Part shown: one piece after another, positions 56,891 to 64,000 of the stretch
How positions within the stretch are numbered: the stretch's first letter is position 1
How the letters are laid out: the number at the start of each line of letters is the position of its first letter
The notes under the pieces: generated by a model
What the model was told of the DNA's origin: nothing
Database searches by the model: none
What the model saw: the letters and a program-made list of their open reading frames with translations, nothing else
From: Desulfatiglandales bacterium
GTDB lineage: Bacteria; Desulfobacterota; DSM-4660; Desulfatiglandales; HGW-15
Assembly (NCBI GenBank): GCA_963667015.2
Contig: CAXXJJ010000004.1
Location: forward strand, 3,104,001-3,168,000
DNA length: 64,000 nucleotides
Direction of reading: 5' to 3'
Made by a program: the position numbers and the translations under genes

Positions 56891-58639
56891 TTGGCAGGAA
56901 CACAAAAGAATGTTGAGCGGGTAATTCGACGCGGACCTTATCCGGAATTGACATGGTCTGCACTTCTTGTCGGCTACGGCATAGGCGCATTATTATCTCT
57001 ATCATTCGGTTACGCCTGCCTGATCCTGGGCTTTTCCCTTGAAGGATCCGAACTGGCAGCAATGCTGGGCTTCGTAATACTGCGCGGTGTCATGCGCCGT
57101 AACAGCATCATAGAAAACAACATCAATCAAACCATAGCAAGCGGTGTAAACGGGGCAACCGCAGGGATGATGTTTTCTGTTCCCGCTATATTTATCCTCG
57201 GACATCATGAGATGTTCAATCCCGTTGTGATGGTCTTTTCCTGCATTGCAGGCGGGGTCCTCGGCATCGCCTTTATTATTCCCCTTCGTAAACAGATGAT
57301 AGACTATGAACGTCTTGCCTTCCCCGGGGGTATTGCGGTTGCATCCATTTTAAAATCTCCCGGGGCTGGAGTTATCAAGGCAAAACTGCTTGTCAGCGGT
57401 GCGATTCTATCCGGCCTGATACATTTAATTACCGGTGTCTTTGGTTTTGAGGATTGGCACATGGGGACATGGCTGAGCCTGCCGGGATATCTGAATATTG
57501 TTATTTATATCTCACTCATGACCGTGGGCGCAGGCTTTATAGCCGGTAAAGGAGGTATCTTTTTTGTTGTTGGAGGTTTTGCCTGTTACTGGATTCTTGC
57601 ACCGATTCTTTCTCTTATGGGGTTACTGCCCTCTGCAGAAGCAATCAAAGAAATGGGTACAACCATGCCGGGGTACCTGCGTGTAAACCAGTTCAGGCCG
57701 GCAGGCATAGGCATGCTCATCGGGGGTGCCCTTACAGGGATAGCCCTAGCGCTTCCTTTGATTACCGGTGCAGTTAAAAGCATGCAGACTGCATCAAAGA
57801 TGAAGATATCCATTTCAAAGGATGAAATGCCCATCAAAATGCTCTATATTGCCATAGGCCTGGCCTTTATACTGCTCCTGATTCTCGCTGTCACTACCTC
57901 AAAGCAGGTGGGTATCATCAGGGGCGGGCTTATTGCGATCCTTGGAACACTCTGGATCTGGATTGCGGGCGTTATTCTCTCGGAATGCATCGGCCGCACA
58001 AACTGGTCCCCACTGAGCGGCATGACCCTTATTGCCGTAACCATTTTCATTGTTCTTGCAAGGGGAATAGGAGACAACAGCCAGACCATCGTTGTTTCCA
58101 TACTGGTCGGGGCCGCGGTATGCGTTGCCATGGCCCAGGCCTGCGACCTTATGCTTGACCTGAAGACAGGATATCTTGTCGGAGCATCTCCCAAAAAACA
58201 GCAGATCGGGCAGTTTCTTGGGACATGGCTCGGGCCGATTATTGTTATGTTTTTAATCTTCATCCTCCACAAGGCATACGGCCTTGGCAGTGAAAAACTC
58301 CCTGCACCCCAGGGGCAGGCCCTGGCAAGCATGATTAACGGCATCCTGGGAGGTGACGTGCCCATACAGAAATATATAGCCGGTGCGGGGCTCGGGGCAC
58401 TCCTGAGTGCATCAGGGATAGGAGGTTTGGGCATACTGGTGGGACTTGGTTTTTACATGCCTTTTAATATTGTTATCACCTATGCATTTGGAACAGCATC
58501 AAGGCTTTTTACAGATAAAAAATATGGTGTCCGGTTCAGTGAGGAAAGGGGAATACCTTTTGCCGCGGGATTGATTGTTGGAGAGGCATTGATCGGTGTT
58601 GCCCTTGCACTGGTTCAGGTAATATCAGCCGCCAAATAA
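56891..58639 (+). CDS. OPT-family oligopeptide transporter, second paralogue
   Basis: ENNINQTIAS, PLRKQMI, FPGG.A.A, DLKTGYLVG, APQG; TTG start after GGAGG and downstream of the promoter. Confidence 0.9.
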   Translation: MAGTQKNVERVIRRGPYPELTWSALLVGYGIGALLSLSFGYACLILGFSLEGSELAAMLGFVILRGVMRRNSIIENNINQTIASGVNGATAGMMFSVPAIFILGHHEMFNPVVMVFSCIAGGVLGIAFIIPLRKQMIDYERLAFPGGIAVASILKSPGAGVIKAKLLVSGAILSGLIHLITGVFGFEDWHMGTWLSLPGYLNIVIYISLMTVGAGFIAGKGGIFFVVGGFACYWILAPILSLMGLLPSAEAIKEMGTTMPGYLRVNQFRPAGIGMLIGGALTGIALALPLITGAVKSMQTASKMKISISKDEMPIKMLYIAIGLAFILLLILAVTTSKQVGIIRGGLIAILGTLWIWIAGVILSECIGRTNWSPLSGMTLIAVTIFIVLARGIGDNSQTIVVSILVGAAVCVAMAQACDLMLDLKTGYLVGASPKKQQIGQFLGTWLGPIIVMFLIFILHKAYGLGSEKLPAPQGQALASMINGILGGDVPIQKYIAGAGLGALLSASGIGGLGILVGLGFYMPFNIVITYAFGTASRLFTDKKYGVRFSEERGIPFAAGLIVGEALIGVALALVQVISAAK

Positions 58640-58653
58640 TACGGAGAAAAGAA

Positions 58654-59199
58654 ATGACAAAACTCGGGATAATTTTAATCGGTATTGGGTTTCTTGCAGG
58701 AACACTGGCAACAGTGATTGATGTGGAAACCGTTCGATGGGTTCCCTATATATTATCACTTGCTGCATGCATTATCGGTATTGCAATGGTAAAATTCTCC
58801 ATAAAAAAGGAGGCCCGGTCAACGTCGGTCCTAACAAAAAATATGGAGCAGATTGAGACGAGTATCTCAAGTATTATAAAAAATCTCAAAGAGCTGAATG
58901 ACCGCAAGGAAAACATAAATACCTATGATGTACGACTCAGGGTGGATGAACTCTTTCTTGAAGACCTGAACACCTTTGTTGAGGCCAGGGAAAGCATTTC
59001 CCATACCTACGGGGTTCAGGCCTATGCGGATGTTATGAGTCACTTTGCGGCAGGTGACCGGTACCTTAACCGTGTGTGGTGCGCCTCGTCCGACGGGTAT
59101 ATCGATGAGGTAAATGAATACCTGACAAAATCCCTTGAGCAGTTTGAGGACAGCCGGAATAAATTAATTGAATGTAAAAAACCAATTCATGGTTTTTAG
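58654..59199 (+). CDS. Membrane protein co-transcribed with OPT 2
   Basis: Two N-terminal TM helices then a helical domain; 14-bp gap with GGAG RBS. Confidence 0.75.
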   Translation: MTKLGIILIGIGFLAGTLATVIDVETVRWVPYILSLAACIIGIAMVKFSIKKEARSTSVLTKNMEQIETSISSIIKNLKELNDRKENINTYDVRLRVDELFLEDLNTFVEARESISHTYGVQAYADVMSHFAAGDRYLNRVWCASSDGYIDEVNEYLTKSLEQFEDSRNKLIECKKPIHGF

Positions 59200-59263
59200 A
59201 TCCAGGTTACAGTTTATTTATTCTTATTCAGCCTGTTTAATAATTGTGTGCTGATTGCACCTG

Positions 59264-59875
59264 TTAATCCGCTACCATATTGCAGACCAGGTCCACGGCA
59301 CGGTCCATGGAAATCCGGCTCATATTCAGGCACATATGATAGAGTGTGGGATTATCATAGCCGGTCCTGGCAAATTTTGAATAAAGGTTGCGTCTTCGCC
59401 TGTCGCCCTGTTCAACCGCCTGACAGGCTTTTGCATGAGAAAGGTTATAGGTTTTCTCTATAAAATCGATCCGGTCACTCTCTTCTGCAACCATCAGTAT
59501 GTGAAAAACATTCCCGGTGTTCTGCAGGATATACTGACTTGCCCTGCCCAGCAGGACCACGTTGTCCCTTTTTGCAAATTCAGTAATAACATATGCCAGA
59601 GTCTCCACATAGACCTCTTCATCAAGATATCCTACTTTTTCCCCCGTAAGCCTCTCCATGTAGCCTCTGTCGACCACGGTTGAAAGAATCCTTGAAATCA
59701 GGCTGCCGGCCGATTTCTCATGCCCAACTACAGAACTTTTTGAAACCTTTGCCTTTTTGGCAATTTCCTGGATAACCGCATCATCTTCGAATAAAAAGTT
59801 CATTCTCTGGGCGACATTTTTACCAAGGGTCCGGCCTCCGGCTCCAAATTGACGGGAAACTGTTATAACTGCCAT
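59264..59875 (-). CDS. Cytidylate kinase-like family protein
   Basis: VITVSRQFGAGG, VVLLGR, D..R...Y, YH..LN. Confidence 0.9.
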   Translation of the reverse strand: MAVITVSRQFGAGGRTLGKNVAQRMNFLFEDDAVIQEIAKKAKVSKSSVVGHEKSAGSLISRILSTVVDRGYMERLTGEKVGYLDEEVYVETLAYVITEFAKRDNVVLLGRASQYILQNTGNVFHILMVAEESDRIDFIEKTYNLSHAKACQAVEQGDRRRRNLYSKFARTGYDNPTLYHMCLNMSRISMDRAVDLVCNMVAD

Positions 59876-60081
59876 AGATTTATTCCTTTCGTGTCCGGGA
59901 AAAGGTTAGAAGACATTTCAGAGAACCGTTTGAACTGATAAGAAATCGCTGTTCGAGAAATAAAATATATTGAGATCGGTGTGTTATGTCAACGGGTAAA
60001 GTCCGGGACATGGGTTACATGGTTCAATAGGATTATTTATTGGTGTTTTCCATTACCAGAGATATTCATTCTGTGCCCGGA

Positions 60082-60708
60082 TTATTTGCTGCTTACAGCA
60101 AGACCAATACCAGCACCAATAAAAGTCCCGCCAATCACCCTGTTGATATATTTTCCAATTGAGGCATTTGAAAATAGAAAAACAATTTTCTGACCGCCTA
60201 TTGCATAAAGCATAAAACAGGTGAATGCTATAACCGACCCCAGGCCTAAAAGAATACATGACTGGGATAAATAGGGTGAAGATGAATCGATAAACTGGGG
60301 AAAGACGGCGGTAAAAAATACTATAGCCTTGGGGTTTCCGGCTGTTACCAGGGCAGCCTGTGAATACATTCTTCTGGAGGAGGTATTGGTCCGGGGATTA
60401 TTGTCATTGGATACAATTGACATTTCGCGGGAAAGAAAAAGACGGCCCCCGATGTAGACCAGGTAAGCCGCGCCCGCATATTTGAAGACCTGGAAAGCCA
60501 TTTCTGATGTAATTAAGATCGTTCCCAGACCGGCTATTGAAATGAGTGCCTGAATAACTGTAACTGTCAAATTACCCATTGCGGATGCAATTGTTCTTCT
60601 GGCGCCGAATTGCATTCCATGGGTCAGGGCAAGCAGCATAGCCGGACCGGGAATAATTGAAGCAATTAATACTGTCGCTGCATATAAGAGAATAAAATTA
60701 ATGGACAT
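60082..60708 (-). CDS. LysE/RhtB amino-acid efflux transporter
   Basis: IPGPAM, KYAGAAYL, NPKAIVFF.AVFPQF. Confidence 0.92.
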   Translation of the reverse strand: MSINFILLYAATVLIASIIPGPAMLLALTHGMQFGARRTIASAMGNLTVTVIQALISIAGLGTILITSEMAFQVFKYAGAAYLVYIGGRLFLSREMSIVSNDNNPRTNTSSRRMYSQAALVTAGNPKAIVFFTAVFPQFIDSSSPYLSQSCILLGLGSVIAFTCFMLYAIGGQKIVFLFSNASIGKYINRVIGGTFIGAGIGLAVSSK

Positions 60709-61013
60709 TTTTTACAACCTCTGAAATTTTCCGATTTAAATTATCTATGGACGTCTTGAATACTGAGAAGGATGTTAAATGTCAAGACGCGACTATCTTA
60801 CTTCCTTCCAGGCAGCCTTTTTATTTTTAATAATCATTGACATGCAATTTGAAAATCAATAATTAGTAATTTTCTGCAGTTCATTTTCACCTGGTATTCA
60901 AATACATTTTAAGAGGGCACGGGCGTGCCGCTTTGTTTGGCAACAAAAAAAACATCCGGATACAATCAGTCTTTTTGAGGAAGAAAGTAACTAATAATCT
61001 AAAAGGAGGATTT

Positions 61014-61466
61014 ATGATGAAGGGAAAAATATTTTCATTTTGTCTAATTGTTCTGCTGGCGCTCATTTCTACAGCATGGGCTGCTGACGTGAATGGTAAA
61101 TGGATTGCTAAAGTTGCCGGCACACAGGGTCAACAGGACTCTGAAATCACTTTAATTTTCAAGGCAGCCGGCGCAACCTTTACCGGAACGCTAAACAACT
61201 CCATGATGCCGGGTGATATAGAAATTAAAGAAGGGAAAATCGAGGGAGATAAAATTTCCTTCTCACTTACCCGCAACTTTGGACAGAGTGATATGAAGGT
61301 AGTCTGGAAAGGCACTGTATCAGGAGATGAGATTAAGTTCACAAGAGGTATTGAAGGCGGTATGGGCGGCCCCGGTGGAGGTATGGGTGGTCCCGGTGGC
61401 GGTACAGGCGGCCCTGGAGGCGGAGCCCCTGCATCACCAGAAATTATTGCCAAAAGGGCAAAGTAA
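61014..61466 (+). CDS. Secreted small beta protein with Gly/Pro repeat
   Basis: Signal peptide, ADVNGKW, GKIEGDKISF; three GG(M/T)GGPG repeats. Confidence 0.75.
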   Translation: MMKGKIFSFCLIVLLALISTAWAADVNGKWIAKVAGTQGQQDSEITLIFKAAGATFTGTLNNSMMPGDIEIKEGKIEGDKISFSLTRNFGQSDMKVVWKGTVSGDEIKFTRGIEGGMGGPGGGMGGPGGGTGGPGGGAPASPEIIAKRAK

Positions 61467-61501
61467 GATAACAGATATCTTGAATAACAGCTGATATATA
61501 G

Positions 61502-61538
61502 AAAAAGGGGTATCCTTAAATGAGAGCCCCTTTTTTTA
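61502..61538. terminator. Rho-independent terminator
   Basis: AAAAAGGGG...CCCCTTTTTTTT. Confidence 0.65.
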
Positions 61539-61830
61539 ATAATAATCCTATTCTGCGATCAATACCCCATCCGCCTGTTGAAAGGAATAAGAAATTCCGG
61601 CTTTCCGGGCCATGGGGTTTCCTCTGGTTCTACAAAAAAGGGAGCAGGTTTTATTTTTTATCGATTGTAATAAATATCTCTTCTGTATCACCTGCAAACC
61701 ATTTCTGAAAATAGATGGTTCCGATTACCGGAGCCTTTCCCTCCTCCGGCACTTCCCTGAACCTGACACTATGTTTGGTTTCCTTCTCTCTTTCGAAACA
61801 TACTTTCATTATTTACCCCATAAACGAGAT

Positions 61831-62274
61831 TTACTTATTTTCCGTTTTTTCAAGACTGTATGTTCCGTCATTGACAACGCTGAAATGAAAGATCGGCCTG
61901 TCAACGCGTTTAAGTATAATGGGACAATGCACCATATTGGCAGGCACAAAAATCATGGTGCTCTTAGTGAGAATAAACATCTCATCTTCAAGCCAGAGTT
62001 CAATCTCGGCGTTCAGGTTATTGGGCTCATCCGGATTGGAGCCAAAAAAACCGATAATTTCAGGCACTGTATGTTTATGCGGATATCCCAGGTGTTCGGA
62101 ATCCGGTTTATTGTACCAGGAGCAGTTCATCTGGAACGCGCCCGGGACAACATTTTTATCCATCCATAAAATTCTTGTTGCGAACTCCGAATAACTGGCA
62201 ACCATCTCAGGAGGGAATTCCGGTGTCTGCAGCTCTGTGACTATATATTTGGCATTTTTCAATTCTTTATCCAT
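61831..62274 (-). CDS. Single-domain cupin-like protein, same family as 31081-32918
   Basis: KYIV, HKHTVPE, GSNPDEP..L.AEIE, FVP..M.HCP. Confidence 0.75.
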   Translation of the reverse strand: MDKELKNAKYIVTELQTPEFPPEMVASYSEFATRILWMDKNVVPGAFQMNCSWYNKPDSEHLGYPHKHTVPEIIGFFGSNPDEPNNLNAEIELWLEDEMFILTKSTMIFVPANMVHCPIILKRVDRPIFHFSVVNDGTYSLEKTENK

Positions 62275-62479
62275 GGTTTTTTCCTCCAGTATTATTTATA
62301 GTGATTAATTAAATCAGGTATAAAGGTATGTAACTCAATATTCAGGATTTATCCAGTTAAAGATTTTCAAAACCAATTATATCGGATTCTGGCTCCTGAC
62401 TCCTGAATTCTTTCTCCTGTTTCATCTTCCCTGTTTTCTCCAATTGACTTGTCAGAATTCCAAGGGTAAAAAGCTTATC

Positions 62480-63769
62480 ATGAACTATAAAAATCTTCCA
62501 TACATGCTTTATGCTGATAAACATGGCAATATATATGATCATCCCTTCTACCGGGTGGCCGGATTTTCAGGGAAAAACCTGTCTGAAATATCAAAGGGCG
62601 ACCTTATCCCAATGCCGGAATTCAGCAAGCTTTTTTATTTCCCGGGATGCGCCCCTGTTGGAATAAATCCGGATACAGGAAAGGCCGAGATTATAAGAGA
62701 GGTAAAAACAGGCAGAAAAACCCAGAAGTGCTTTGCAGTAGCAGCCTTTCTTGAACCAGGCTTTGTCAGAAGTCACCTCCCTGCAGTGGACTACAGCACA
62801 AAGGATTATACCCTTCCCATGTGGGGATATACGGCTGTTGGTTTTAGCGATGAAGAGTATCAGGTAACCGGATTCAGGATAGAGTACAATCACAGATGGG
62901 ACCCTGCCAATTATGATGATACATACCTTATAGAGGCCATAGACCGGTATCAGGGCAAATGTTCGGATACGCCCCTGGTGAATCACCTGGTTGACTGTGC
63001 GGCAAATAACCACTGCTTTGCGGCAAAAAACCTTTTCATGGGAAGATGGGAAGCCCCTTTACCCGTCAGCCGAAGCTGTAATGCAAGCTGCCTTGGATGC
63101 CTGAGTCTTCAGGAGGATGATATAACCAGATCATCGCATTTCAGGATATCATTTACTCCAAAAATCGATGAAATAGTCACGGTTGCAGTGAATCACCTGG
63201 AACGCGCCGAGGATGCAATAGTCAGCTTCGGGCAGGGATGTGAAGGAGAACCCCTTACTGAATACAGCCTGATAAGGGACAGTATAAAGGAGATAAGGAG
63301 ACAGACAGATAAGGGCACTGTTAACCTGAACACAAACGGAAGCTGGCCGGAACGTGTCAGGGAGATTGCAGAAGCCGGGCTTGATTCAATAAGGATAAGC
63401 CTTAACAGTGCAAGAAAACCCTTTTACAATGCATATTACCGCCCAAGGGGATATGTGTTTGAGGATGTACTGAAATCAATAAAGACAGCCACAGATATGG
63501 GACTTTATACCATGATCAACTACCTTGTCTTTCCGGGAGTTTCTGATCAGGAAGATGAAATCGAGGCACTGGGAGAATTAATAAGAAATACCGGTCTCAA
63601 TTTTATCCATTTCAAAAATCTCAATATAGACCCGGAGCTCTACCTGAATAAAATGCCCCTCACCGATTCACCGGCAAGGGGCATGAAAAAGATGTCAGAA
63701 ATAATCAAGAAAGAATATCCGAATGTAAAGCTTGGTTATTTTAATCAAGCAGTGGAAAGAAAAAGCTAA
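62480..63769 (+). CDS. Radical SAM protein of unknown function
   Basis: CNASCLGC (CxxxCxxC), SFGQGCEGEP, NTNG, RISLNS. Confidence 0.9.
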   Translation: MNYKNLPYMLYADKHGNIYDHPFYRVAGFSGKNLSEISKGDLIPMPEFSKLFYFPGCAPVGINPDTGKAEIIREVKTGRKTQKCFAVAAFLEPGFVRSHLPAVDYSTKDYTLPMWGYTAVGFSDEEYQVTGFRIEYNHRWDPANYDDTYLIEAIDRYQGKCSDTPLVNHLVDCAANNHCFAAKNLFMGRWEAPLPVSRSCNASCLGCLSLQEDDITRSSHFRISFTPKIDEIVTVAVNHLERAEDAIVSFGQGCEGEPLTEYSLIRDSIKEIRRQTDKGTVNLNTNGSWPERVREIAEAGLDSIRISLNSARKPFYNAYYRPRGYVFEDVLKSIKTATDMGLYTMINYLVFPGVSDQEDEIEALGELIRNTGLNFIHFKNLNIDPELYLNKMPLTDSPARGMKKMSEIIKKEYPNVKLGYFNQAVERKS

Positions 63770-63781
63770 AAAACAAAACTG

Positions 63782-63869
63782 AACCGCAAAGACGCCAAGA
63801 CCGCTAAGGAAAACAATTATTTTTTTAATAAAAAACGAAATACTTTGCGTCCTTTGCGCCTTAGCGGTT
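63782..63869. repeat. Inverted pair of CGC(A/C/T)AAG-unit tandem repeats
   Basis: AACCGCAAAGACGCCAAGACCGCTAAG / CTTTGCGTCCTTTGCGCCTTAGCGGTT. Confidence 0.75.
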
Positions 63870-63876
63870 TAATCTT

Positions 63877-64000
63877 TTAGCTTTTGTTTTCTCTCTGAAC
63901 CGCACGATAACCGATGTCATTCCGGAAATATACACTGTCCCATTTTATTTTCTTAACAAGCTCATAGGCCTTTTTCTGGGCCTCACCCACATTGCTGCCA
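63877..64000 (-). CDS. purD: Phosphoribosylamine-glycine ligase C-terminus (partial)
   Basis: Minus strand reads ..EAQKKAYELVKKIKWDSVYFRNDIGYRA.. Confidence 0.85.
   Translation of the reverse strand, partial: GSNVGEAQKKAYELVKKIKWDSVYFRNDIGYRAVQRENKS

Noticed and set aside
61355..61425. 21-bp periodic GC-rich repeat
   Set aside because: Explained by the Gly/Pro coding repeat with synonymous variation

Overview
A gene-dense chromosomal window from an anaerobic bacterium. The gene content suggests Desulfobacterota, but that is inference. It runs from a partial metF to a partial purD and includes ftsY and tatD. Most genes are anaerobic catabolic or redox enzymes: two aldehyde:ferredoxin oxidoreductases, an Fe-alcohol dehydrogenase, SdhA-like and AprA/B-like flavoproteins, a divergent xanthine-dehydrogenase-family Mo subunit and a hexaheme cytochrome. 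There are also two OPT peptide transporters, an M32 carboxypeptidase, cell-envelope enzymes, a large secreted GH9-like protein and a PEP-CTERM protein. The accessory DNA at about 1.8-5.7 kb is a decayed integron-like cassette array (attC signatures, no integrase in the window). Its GST gene is split by a complete ISAzo13-family element with TIRs, a TAA target duplication, a -1 frameshift and an RBS-sequestering hairpin. The best candidate for an undescribed system is the cluster at 28.1-34.9 kb: TRAP remnant, Fe-ADH, two tandem double-cupin-like proteins each with one degenerate and one intact metal site, EthD, Lrp and AOR. A single-domain member of the same cupin-like family lies at 61.8-62.3 kb. 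No rRNA, tRNA or CRISPR array was seen. All product calls come from motif recognition by eye; no searches were run.
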